Assembly (NCBI GenBank): GCA_016748015.1
Contig: JAAOMT010000009.1
Coordinates: 1,675,924 to 1,739,923, forward strand
DNA from: Geosiphon pyriformis uo1
Lineage: Eukaryota; Fungi; Glomeromycota
Length of the DNA: 64,000 nucleotides
Direction: 5' to 3'
A program made the translations under genes and the position numbers. The notes beneath the pieces were generated by a model that did no database searches, had not been told where the DNA came from, and saw only the letters and a program-made list of their open reading frames with translations. This document shows, piece by piece, positions 51,756 through 64,000 of the stretch (the first letter of the stretch is position 1; the number at the start of each line of letters is the position of its first letter).

Positions 51756-52329
51756 TGTGGTCTGAAAAAAAGGAAATGTCGTGTACTCTGGGAATCAAAA
51801 CACGGGATTTATTTTCCAAGCCATCGCAAGCTGCATCTGTTGACCAATAGAAATTTACCATCTACTGTATATCAATAGTAATCAGATGATCTGCACGAAG
51901 TCAAAGTTTTATAATAATAAAATTTCTTCTTCAAATCTAATTGTAATTATGAAAAAAAAACTTCTATTAACATACTGGTTTTTTAAAATTGGCAAAAAAT
52001 TAGATCTACAAACATTATACATAAACAATAACAAACAAATATTTAACAAAAAAGCTCTTAACAAATAAAAAAAATTGTCAGAAAAAACAATCTAATAGTA
52101 TACTACAAGACAATATACTAATTATACTCAGTATTTAAATGCTATTCAATTATATTATTAAACAATTTATTAAAAACTATTATAGTTAATAATATAGAAC
52201 AAATAACAAATTTTTAGTTTAAAAAATTACAAAAAGCAATATTTAATATAATAATTAAATATTATATTAAAAAAATAATTTTTAAAGATACATATAATTT
52301 TACAGAAACTCAATTTTAAAAAAGAAAAA

Positions 52330-53070
52330 ATAATGTTATTCAAATAAAAAAACCAATCCAAAACTATTAAAAGAACATAATTATTATGTGATAATATAAA
52401 AAAACATAATAATATAAAATAATATACAATAATACAAAATAATTAATAATAATATAGAATAACTAGTTATAACATAAAAAACAAAGCAATAGCTAAAATA
52501 ATAAGCAATAGTTAGTAATAACAAACAATTAAAAGCAATTTTATAGAACTAGAAAATATATATAAAAATAAGTAGTTTTAGTAGATAAAAAAAACAAAAC
52601 AAACAAAAATTAATTCTTTTCTAATATTTTAACTTTAGCCTAATAATTTTGAATTTTATATATTCTTAACCAATTCAATAAAATTTTATTATTTAATTCC
52701 AAAGAACATAATCTCAATATTTTAATTATTAAAATTGAATTAATTACCTTTTTTACTTTCATTTTAGACTAGATAATATTAATATAAATGCTTTTAGAAT
52801 CTTAATAATTTGAACCAATTGCTCTTAATTATAACAATTAACAAATACTAATTTTTTATTTTTATTTTTTCTTTTGTAAAGTAGCAATATTAAAAATTAA
52901 CTGTTTAAGAATAAATTTTATAATAGCCTAATAAAAAAAAGCTTTTTTTAAGTTTGACTATTAACTTTATCTTGTTAGCTTATCAAAAAAGTAAAAAAAT
53001 AATGCCGAATTCTAATAACTATATTTACTAGCTTGGAAAAAAATACAATAATAGTTATGTAATTAAAGAA
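52330..53070. repeat. Decayed LTR-like fragment related to 1-800 (opposite orientation)
   Basis: tttgaaccaattgctctt and aattaactgtttaagaataaa match the reverse complement of 140-320. Confidence 0.5.
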
Positions 53071-54066
53071 ACAATATTTCTGTGTTTTATAACAAAAAAA
53101 CTTAATAGATAAAACTTTAAACAAAAAAACTTTTAAAGATTAATAACTTACAATATAACCAAAGCCAATTTATTTAATTTTTATATTGCTCCTATTATTA
53201 AATTATAAGCACTAAATATTATAACTTAATTTATCAAGTTTATTGATAATAGTATAATTTAAAATTAATTATTTTTTAAATAATGTTTAATTAAAACTAT
53301 TAGTTCTAAATCTTGTAAAATTTAATTTGATAATATTAATAATAATTATATTTCAATTTTGGATATGTGTTATTATTACTAGTTTGATATAATATAATTT
53401 TAATTGGTTATTATGTATTGTTTTTTTTAATATTTTTTATTTAATCTTAACTTTTATAATTTATTTTATCTGTGATTGAATTTTTTATTTCATTGTTTTT
53501 TAGTTTTAATACAATACAATAATATTTTGTTTTTAATTTTATAGTTAATTATATTATTTTATAATTAGTTATTATGTTTTATTTTTTGTTGTTCTTGTAA
53601 TTATTTAATATTTTAAGCTGTTTTTCTTTTTTTATTTTCTAAAGTTTTTATTAACTTATATGTTTTTTTAAGTAGTATTTTATAAAATATTGTTTTAGTA
53701 ATATTATTATTTAGATATATTGAAATAATAAGTTTAATTCACAATATAACTTTTTTTTATAAATTAATTTAAATAGTATAAATTTTATAGTGTTTTGTTT
53801 TAATGTTTTATATATTAGTAATACTGTTCAAATAAATAAATTCTATTTTTTTCTATGTTTATTGTTAATTTTGGTTAGTGTTTTATATAATATATGATTA
53901 AATTATTTAATTTAAATTTTTGGCTTAGTTTATTTAATATATTGTTTAAAAATATATACTTTAATCTAATGACAGTTTTTATAAATATTTATATAACAAA
54001 TTAAGTTTTTATGTTGTTATAAGTAGATTTTTTAAATAAGTTTTAGTAATTTTTGTAACTTAATGC

Positions 54067-55037
54067 TATTATTAGTAGCATTTTAGTCATTAATTAACAT
54101 AAAATTATTTTTATAATTTTTATTATTAATTAGCATATATTATTATTATTTTAATTATTACTTATTATTTAATCAAAACTATTAAATATTACTATTTAAT
54201 TAATAATCTAATTTGTACAATAGAAATTAAGATAATTAGATTACACAATACTTCAAACTATATAACATTTAAGAATTCACCAAAATTTGTAAAAATTTGT
54301 AAAAATAATAAATAGTTTACCAAAATAGTTTATAATTTGTAAAATAATTTATAGTTTATTAAAATATATTTTTAGTTTATTAAAATCATAACAAAAAGAA
54401 AAGTTTAAATTCATAAATTATTATTATAACAAATTATATAAAAAAAGAGCTTTTTTTTTCGAGAAAATATATCTTATCTTATTTTATCTAATTCAGAATT
54501 ATTTTATTTTAAAAATACTTTTATTTTTATTAATAAAATAATATTTCAAAAACAATTCATTAACTATTTGTATTTGAAATTTTTTAAAACCCAACTAATA
54601 TTTTGAAATTAATTAGTTAACAATTTTATTAATCTGTTAGTAACTTCAGACTTTAACAAAAAACACTTTTCTTAATAAATTTCTATTTTTTTTCTATTTT
54701 TTTATTTTTTTTATTTTTTTTATTATATATATTAGAGTAGCTTACAGATAAAATTTCTGTAAAAGAGTTAACTTTTACAGCAAAGTAACTACATATTTTT
54801 AGTAAGCTTTCAGATAAGCAATTTCTGAAAAAAAGTTGACTTTTATTGTAAAGTAACTATACAAATAACTGGCATAAAATTGGCTATTCTATTTATAAGT
54901 CTAGCAGTTTAAATTATAAGAAATAATTTGAAAATAAATTCAGTTATTAAAAATTTAGCAGCTTTTATTAATAGCAAATTTACAGCAAAATAACATAAAT
55001 AATATTCAAAAAAAGAGACCAAAAATCTTCAGTAATA
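54067..55037 (+). repeat. 5' LTR of the family C element
   Basis: Aligns with 63725-64000 and with the reverse complement of 5182-6193. Confidence 0.85.
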
Positions 55038-58000
55038 TTTGGTATTCTTTTATAAAAATAACACAGTAATAACAACTTTAAAGTAGTAATTACATTAGAT
55101 ATAACAACTTTAAAGTATTACCAATTAATTTACACTTATTGTAAACAACAATTTAAAATCCAAAACAGAATTACAGCTTTTAAGAAAACATTTTTTTAAT
55201 ACATTGAAAACTAAATTAATGATTATTTTTTTGGAAATTACAATATTACAAATGTTAAGCAAAACTTCTTAAAAATCTTATTTACTACTCAAATAAAAAC
55301 TCAGAAAACATGAATGCTAATATTTATATTATTTATTTTAAAGAACTTGATTATAATATTATCAAATTTTGTGAAAAAAATATTCTGCTAACTCATAATT
55401 TATTCTTAAACTTGAGTTTGAATCTGAAACAAGCAAAAAAAACAAACAGAAAAATATGTAACTAATTTATACAATACTCAATACACCAAAAACAACTTTT
55501 TAATACTTATAAACATTAAAACAAAGAATTAGTTTCAAACTATCACTTTCAAATACACTTTTTTTAGCTTTTTTTGTATAAATTCAAATATTAAATTTAT
55601 TACTTAATTATTTTTCAAGACCAAAAAACTTTATATTATTAAGAAGTTTAATACAACAGTCTAAATAAATTTTTATCAACACAAATTTTCTCAAATTTTT
55701 AGCAAAGAACCAGAGTAACCACTCTGACAATAACAAAATGACCAAAAATAAAGATACAAAAAAAATAACAACTATTTATATAACAAAAATTACAGAATTT
55801 ACAAGAAAAAATACTAATACCAGTTTTTAAAAATAACTTAATAAAGTCTTAAAAGCAAAAAATGCAAATAAATAAAATGCTGCAAAAATGCTCAAAACTA
55901 TTTCTTATTTCTTTCAAAGAATTGTAAGTAAATGGTTTGAAAATCTGGATGTATTTTTTGAAAACTGACAAGCATTTAAAACTGCTTTCTTAAAACAATT
56001 TACTGATAACAACACTTCTATTATTCTTTAAAACCAATTCTGAAATATTAAGCAAAAACTTTCTAAATTTATTATAATCTATTTCAAGAAATTTAACAAA
56101 CTTTTTAGAAAGATTTAACAATTAAAAACCAATGACTACTATTTTAATGCTTAAATTTTGGATCAATTTATTGCTAACCTGAATGATAAACTAATTAAGA
56201 AAGTTTGTCCACATGTTCCAAAAGATTTAACCACTGTCATTTAACATATTAAGACTTATAAAATAACAATAAAAGAAATTAACTACACAAAACTTGTCAA
56301 CTTAGCTATTGAAAAAACCAGTTTAGCAGCTAAAAAAAAAATTAACCAACTAATTAAAAAAGCCAAAAATTATTTTACCAATCAACAACAACAACAACAA
56401 CAAAAGTATTAGTCTTTTTAATAATAATCATCAAGCAATTATCTATCATCATTATTAAGCAGTCAAAACCAAAGCTATTATTATTGTAAAATTCCAGAAC
56501 ACTAAAAATAAGACTGCAAAAAATTACAACAAAATCAATAAAACAAGAATAATTAATATTACTTTTTATTACAGCAATCTTATTACCAGTTTTTCTTATA
56601 AATATATTATTTTTTAAGATCTTAATATTAGAACAATTACTATTAATCTGTCCTACAACTAATACAACAACAATATTAGCAATTTTTATAAATATAATAA
56701 TAACAATTATTATCTACATAGCAATATTAAATATCAGTTTAAAGATTGGTTTAACAAAATCAATTCATATCACAAAATTAATTTTTAAACAATAGAATTA
56801 TTCCAATAACTAATTAATTTCTTAAAATACAGTTTAACAGAGACCCAATTATTTTCACATCCAATTTAACTATTTAAAAATACTTAAAGAACAAAATTTT
56901 TATTAACAAAATTTTTTCAACAATAATCACACTATTCTACTAGCCAAAATTGCTAAAAATACCAATCTTTTTAATATTTTTCTATTTAAATTCGAAACAA
57001 ATAAATTATCATTCTTGCTTAACAATATAACAGTCAATAAACAAAAAGCAATTATAGTTATATACACTAAAGCTAAAATAGAAGGAAAACAAATTCAATT
57101 AATCTTAAATAGTAGATTTACTAAAAGTATTATTATTTACTAATTGATGCAATAGTTTAAACAAAGTGTGGATAGACCAGTCCAAACAGTTATTGTCATA
57201 ACTAATAGTATAAAAAAGACTTTAGTTAAAGAAATTGACAATTTTCTATTTATTATTAACAGAATTACTATTTCAATAAAAGTTTTAATCATGAATATAC
57301 TTTAATATTAAGCTCTATTTAAAAACAATTAACTTTTTAAAGCCAATACAAATCTAGACTAGAAAACTCAAGAATTCAAAATTTTATATCAAAAACAATA
57401 TATCTAAGTATTTATTATATGTAATATTTTCAACAACAATCCGAAAAAGCCCTAGTATTTAAATTTAAAAAAAAAGAAGAAAAATCAATTATCAAGACTT
57501 AGATTAATATTCAATTGGGCTAAGAAAACAGAACAGTTATTCGAAACATCTACATTATAATTAATATTATTATGGCCCAAAGAAACCAGCCAACAATTTA
57601 TCTCTATAATTAAACTAGTTAATAATTAATATGTCTTATATTTAAAACCAGAACCAAAAAACCAACCACCATATATTTTACTTAAATACAGAGACTATAA
57701 CAAAAAGCTTTTATTTATGAAAGTTTGTATATTATTTAAAAAAGAATATAAAACTTGCACTTGCTATTACTGTAAGACCTGCCACCAAAAACGATTTGGC
57801 AATTCAAAATAAAATAGAAAATAGGATAACACACTTTGCCTTATATGTGAAAAATTACTATTTAAAAAATACAATTAGATTAATATTGCAATAAAAAGAG
57901 GAATATGTAATTAAACTTGCTAATATGTTTTGGTAATTTCTAAGAAAGTCAGACAAAAAACACTTTTTAAGACAATATACAATAGTGTTCTTAACAAACT

Positions 58001-58429
58001 TTATTATTATCTACATAATACCAAAAAGATTTATGATTCTGTTATAGTTTTAATTAATAAAGCCACCCAAAAAAATGTTTGTCAAATAAAAGAAGCAGAA
58101 TATATTGAATATATAATGAAATTAGCTGGATTTAATTATAAAAATAAAGTAAAAACCTACTACTAAATTACAAATTATGTCTATTTAACCAAAGAAACTT
58201 AAATTCAATAATTAAAGCAAATAAATATTTAATTACGTAAAGAATATATCATGTCTTGTAATAACAAATGGTATCTAAAATGCTATGTTTTTAATATTTT
58301 CTTGTCCAGTAAAAATAACAAATACAAAATTAAATTTAAAAAACCTAAGTCTAAAAAAAAAATTACAACTTTGATTTATCTTATTAAAAATCAGCCTGTT
58401 ATACAACTCAGATACTTTAATAACAATGA

Positions 58430-58835
58430 ACAAAGAATAAAATCCAAAAAAGTTTATAAAATTGATGCAGAATATAATTTACAATATTCAAGAAAAGATA
58501 CTTTGGTCTTTCAATTTAAGTTCCTAACAAAAATCAATCTCAAAATTGCTCTTAAAATTTTACTATAAGTAATGATTCAAATTGCTTCTCAATTATTTTT
58601 GACTAGTAAAAAAATTAATATTAGAAAAAGAATTATAAATACAAGATATATTAGAAATATTACAATTATATTATAAAATAAAACCAAAAAACCATTAAAA
58701 ATTGAACATACTAAAAAGATTGCTCAAGTTATTTATTTATTCTTAATTAACATTTTGGGTTTGCAATTAGTTAATTACAAAGAACAATTAAGCAAAAGTA
58801 AAAAAAAACCCAAAGTTTTTGGTTTAATTAAACAA
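58430..58835 (+). pseudogene. dUTPase domain inside Gypsy pol (decayed)
   Basis: DAEYNL (cf. DAGYDL), MIQIAS, RIINTRYIRNI (cf. GIIDxGYxGNI), KIAQVI and a decayed G-F-G motif, in the canonical order. Confidence 0.75.
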
Positions 58836-59957
58836 TTCACAGTTTTAGTTAATATAGTTCTTAATATACAGAATAAATCTTACCAAATTTTTTGACTTTT
58901 TCAACCAATTATTATTTTATTTTTTAAAAAACATTATAAAATTTACATATGCCCAAAATTTACAATTATTTAACAGATTTTCAAATCAAATAAACAAATT
59001 TGTCTGCAGCATAAAATCTTAATTCTAAATGTTTATATTCCAAAGAAATAAAAAATTTTGAGTTATATTTTACAATTCTAACAACTACTCTATTGTTTTA
59101 TTAAATAAATTAAAAATCAAAATCATACATAGCAACATTTTTTAGGATAAAACTCCTTAAATTGTTTCTAATTTTATTGAAATTGTGAGATATACTCTTT
59201 TCTTAAATCCAAGCATTTTTTCTAGCACTAAAAACTACTACATTATAAAAAAAAACTTTAATAAATCAATATAAATCTCTTGGAATTCTAACAACAAAGA
59301 CAATTGAAACAATTAATTATTAAATATGCTGATATATTTGTTAGAGATAACAATAATTTGAAAAAAACTAACATTATTAACATCAAATCCACACCAAAAA
59401 TGCTCTACCAAAATGCTAATAAGTCTATTAAGTTTTACCAGCCAGTTACTAATTTATTAGAAAAAAAGTTCAATAAATATTCAACAATAGTCTTATTTAA
59501 TTATTAAGAAACTCTTGGGTTTTATTAATTGTTTTTAAAAAAAAAAAATTAATTCTGTATAGATTATTGTTAACTTAATAATATAATAATTAGAGATATA
59601 TATTCCTTTTCAAAAACTAATAATATATTAAATGTTTTAGAAAAAACCAACTTTTTCTTAACTTTAGACTTGAAAAATAGATATTAACAAATTAAAATAG
59701 ATTTTAAAGACTGATTCAAAACAGCTTTTACTATTTAAACAAGAAATTACGAGTTCAATATAATGTTTTTTGGTCTTTTGTAACACACCAGCAATATTCT
59801 AATGGCTTATGAATGTTGTTTATGAAGAATTCTTATGGCAATTAATTATTATATATCTCAATAACACAGATGTGTATTTTTCAATTTTCAAAGCTTATCT
59901 GATTTATTTGCAAAAAGTTTTTCAATAATTACAAAAATTAGAATTGAAACTGAGCAT

Positions 59958-60753
59958 TGTTACAATTCAAAAATTTAATAGGAATTATAAATAATATAAA
60001 TTAGCCAATTATGAAATAGCACAGCAACAATTTATAAAAAAAAATGATTTACAAATAACAGCAAGTACTATTATGCAATAGCAGCAAGCACTATTATGCA
60101 AAAGCAGCAAGCACTATTTAAAAATAATGGAAATAGAGTATTACAAGATGTTATTTTGTAAAACAATAATTATATATATATACAATAGTTTTTAATGATG
60201 AAAAAAAACAGCTTTAACTCGAAACAACAAATATCTAAATAAAATCTTATTCAAAAAAAAAAGAATTAATAAAAATAATAAATTGAATGAACATCATAAT
60301 TACGAGATTAACAATAAAATTCACATATTCTCTTTAGCAAATGAAACTATTATTCTATCTCTAAACCCTTTGAAAGAATAATTCCTGATCAAAATTATTC
60401 ATGTGATTACTAATTAAATTGAAAAAGCTTTATTATATACTTAGGGAAATTGCAAAAAGGCCATTAACATTCTATGTTTTTAGATTAGAGAAACACATCA
60501 GACAATTGCAAAGATAGCCTCAGAGAAAACCTCAGACAGTGGATAGATTTCAGATTAGCCTCTGAGAAAAAGTACACAACATATAAAGACAACTAGAATT
60601 AAAAAGAAAACTTACATCACAACATCAAGAGAAAACCTTCAGTATATTATCATTAATAACTAATACATAAAATCGAGAAACTCATAAGAAACTGATTACA
60701 ATTAAAACAGAATATCAACAATTAAAATATACCAAAAAAATACTTCCATAATA
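59958..60753. mobile_element. Solo LTR, family D, inserted in the RT of the family C element
   Basis: TGTTACA...CATAATA ends. Flanks GCAT/ACAT. The RT frame resumes across it. Internal 21-bp tandem gcagcaagcactattatgcaa. Confidence 0.8.
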
Positions 60754-62769
60754 ACATCAAAAAATATTATTTCAGAAAAACAAGCTTGATTTTTTTTGGA
60801 TATATTATAAGCAAAGATAAAGTTCAATCTAATTTAACAATTAATGTTGTTAAAAACTTTCAAATTTTTTAAAATACTATAAAACTAAAAGAATTTATAA
60901 GATTAGTCTTTTATTATTAAAAATTTATTAAAAAATTCTTCAAAATTACCAAACTATTCAATTACTTAATCAATAAAAATATTAAATACTAATAGACATT
61001 AGTTTAATAAAAAGCATTTGACACACTTAAAAAAAATTCACAATTGTTTTAATTCTTGTCTATTTAGATTTTAGCAAAAGATTCTAGTTAGTTATTAATG
61101 CTTTCTATACAGCTTTTGGTGCTGTTCTATTACAATTAGATAATAATAACAATAAATAAGTTATTGTTTATGCTAGTAAAACACTTAAACCTATTAAAAC
61201 AAAATATGTCTTAACTAAATTAAAGACAGCAGCTATTATCTGGACTTTTAAATACTTTCAACAATACTTATAAGAAAAAAAAATTAATATTATTACTAAT
61301 AACATTGGTCTTAAATAACTTAATAAAAAAAGCTCTAAACTTAGTACAAAACAATTTTAATAAACTAATTTTTTAGCCAATTACAAATATATTATTCATT
61401 ATAAGTTAAAAAAATTACATACAAACATAAATAACCTCTTAAAAATAAGACAAAATTAGAATTATTACCAATAATTTACTAATAAACAATAGATTTTGAA
61501 AACTACAATAGTATTAAAAATTACTTAAAAACTCTTACTATACCAAAAAATTGGTCTTTAATTAACAAGCATTAATTACAACACTAATTAAAACAATATT
61601 TTTTTTACTATAACAAAATTTATTATTAAAATTATAGAAACCCAACTAATTTACTTATATTAATACAAAAAAATAAAAAAAAACTATTTTTTACAATATA
61701 CATACTAATTTATTATCAGCACATCTAGGAAAAAATAGTACAATTCAAAAAACATTAGAGCATTATTTTTGGGTTTATATGTAAAAAAACATTTAATAAT
61801 ATATAGAATTATGTAACAGTTATTAAAAAAAAATCTGTTATATTGAATCTTTAAATCCAATCAAAGTTGGACAACTCTTTAATAAAGTAAAAATTAATTT
61901 GGTTGGACCACTACTTATTACAACTTAAAAAAACTATTATATTATAGTTATAATAAATTATCTTATTAAATAGCCTAAAACTAGAGCCATCCAAAAAACA
62001 AACATGAAGTTAATAACAAATTTTATCTATGAAGATATTATTTGTAGACATAGATACTTAATTAAACTTTTATCAACTCAGAAAACATATTTTGTAAACA
62101 ATTTAATACAAAAAATTTGTGAATAATTCAATATTAAAAGACCACTTTTATTACTTTATTATCTATAAATAATAGACTGGTAAAATAATTTAACCAAACA
62201 CTGTATAAATTATTAGCCAAAATTTTAATCAATTTTGAGCAAAAATAGAATATTTTTATTTTATTAGTGTTACTAGCTTATAAAACATTAAAACAAGATA
62301 TTATAAAACACATATTATTTGACTTTATTTATAAGAGGACAGCAATATTACCAATTAATTTTAGAATAAAAACATACTCAGTACAACCCATTACAGAAAA
62401 AAATTTTTAAAATACACTTCAATAAAGAGTTTATACTTTTTTCAATATATTAAAAAAAAAATAATAAATTGCAGTTACTCATATTAAATACTTTCAAGCT
62501 TAACAAAAAAAATAACATAATAACAAATTATTATTAGCTATTAACGAATTCAAAGTTAGAAATAAAGTTTTTTTACATAAAACTAAGGCTAAAAAACAAT
62601 AAAATAGAAAATTTGATCATAAATGAAATAAACTATTATATTTACAAAGTTTTAGGCAATAGATTATACAAGTTAAAACTTGATAACAAAATTTTAATAA
62701 AAATTACACATGGAAATTGATTGAAACACTATTATTCCAAAATCAATTTTAAATTATTAATTCTATAAA

Positions 62770-63724
62770 TTAGTACATATTCTCTTTTGATTAATCTTAA
62801 AAATATTTCTCGAAATTTGAAATTAAAAATTGTAATACAACAATAACCAAATCTAAACATTTAAATTATTTAATTATATTAGTAATTTTTTTTAAATAAT
62901 ACAGAAACATTAAACAAAAAATAGTAAAATAATTACCAGAAAATACCCAATTTCAAAAATATATAAAAACCACTATACCAAAAATAATTTTTTCCTTATT
63001 TTTTCAAATTACAAAATTTTATTATTTTTCTTTTCAATTTTATAATGCTTATTCTCTAAAATATTTAACAAATCTTCTAAAAATTAATGTTAGCTTTGAA
63101 AACACACTCTAACTTATTTATAACAATTAATAAAAATCAAATTAATTATATTCAAAAAGAAATTACAGTCTTAATAGTAAATAATTCGAATTATTACTCT
63201 TATAAAAAAACACAAAAAGTTATTCTAGAAGTCAATTACCAGAACTTTTAAAACAAGTTTTAAAAAAAGATTATTGTTTATCCCTATAAACATTCCTTCA
63301 AATACCACAATACAACAAAAACTTTAACTGTATTTTAATAAAAGCAGTAAATATATCCTTATTTATTGATACTTTCAAATTAAGAAAACATTGCATCAAT
63401 GAAAACTAAAACTTAAAGCAACCAATCTTACTTATAAAGCTATACAAAAACAAATTCACAACAAATTTAAAACAACAGCTAAACTAACAAATACTTATTA
63501 CAAACTTAAAGCAGTTTTTAAACTCTATAACTTATTTAATACTTGTAAAAATGGTCTACAAAATTCAATACTTCAATCAATAAAGATTTAATACATTGGC
63601 AAACTTACAGAACTGAAATTTTAACAATTTTCAGACCAAATTACATCAATAATCTTGGATTATGATTTTGATATTACAGATAGTATTTGGACTTTGATAA
63701 AGCTCAGTTTTAATGAAAAAATTA
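62770..63724 (+). pseudogene. Probable extra ORF3 region of family C
   Basis: About 950 bp between integrase and 3' LTR with coding-like stretches (QIHNKFKTTAKLTNTYYKLKAVFKLYNLF...IGKLTE). Confidence 0.45.
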
Positions 63725-64000
63725 TGTTATTAGTAAAATTTTAATTATTAATTAGCATGAAATTATTTTTATAATTTCTATTATTAATTAATATATATTA
63801 TTATCATTTCAATTATCACTTATTATTTAATCAAAACTATTAAATATTACTATTTAATTAATAATTTAATTTATACAATAGAAATTATAATAATCAGATT
63901 ACATAATACTCGAATTATATAACATTCAAAAATTCACCAAAATTTGTAAAAATTTGTAAAAATAATAGATAGTTTACCAAAATAGTTTATAATTCATAAA
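63725..64000 (+). repeat. 3' LTR of the family C element (partial)
   Basis: TGTTATTAGT.. aligns with 54067 onward. Confidence 0.85.

Larger units (their letters stand above)
54067..64000 (+). mobile_element. Gypsy element, family C, heavily decayed: gag-PR-Cys-rich spacer-dUTPase-RT-RH-INT-ORF3; 3' LTR runs off the window
   Basis: 5' LTR 54067-55037 followed by TTTGGTA. 3' LTR starts at 63725. Protease-like IQLILNS at about 57095, RT about 59400-60900, RNase H about 61080-61440, integrase about 61700-62740. Confidence 0.9.

Noticed and set aside
1-53070. Giant inverted-repeat element bounded by 1-800 and 52330-53070
   Set aside because: Both are diverged LTR-like fragments of an abundant family; no TSD or coherent cargo, and one copy is cut by the window edge.

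Overview
Very AT-rich, transposon-saturated eukaryotic DNA. The repeat families and protein motifs suggest an early-diverging fungus of the Glomeromycotina/Mucoromycota type (inference). Most of the window is nested, decayed mobile DNA. It holds two full-length copies of one Ty3/Gypsy family (family A: 1585-10903 + and 35764-43518 -, both with TG..CA LTRs and 4-bp TSDs), a dUTPase-carrying Gypsy element (family C, 54067 to window end), truncated family-B Gypsy copies and four solo LTRs. It also holds a near full-length APE/RT/RNase H LINE and decayed Tc1/IS630-like, hAT and Sola-like transposases. Almost all of this is CpG-depleted and riddled with C>T/G>A changes. Two host-type genes are not visible in the ORF track. 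The first is a decayed bromodomain + BAH (Rsc1/Rsc2-like) pseudogene split by the LINE. The second lies in a sharply bounded CpG-retaining island (about 45.1-51.9 kb): an apparently intact 11-exon, 524-aa gene with a C-terminal PD-(D/E)xK/REase-like domain (Crinkler/CR-like), whose exon1/intron1 junction is amplified as a near-perfect 233-bp tandem array. The window has two N gaps, one flanked by a likely artefactual 1452-bp duplication. All calls are by eye; no searches were run.
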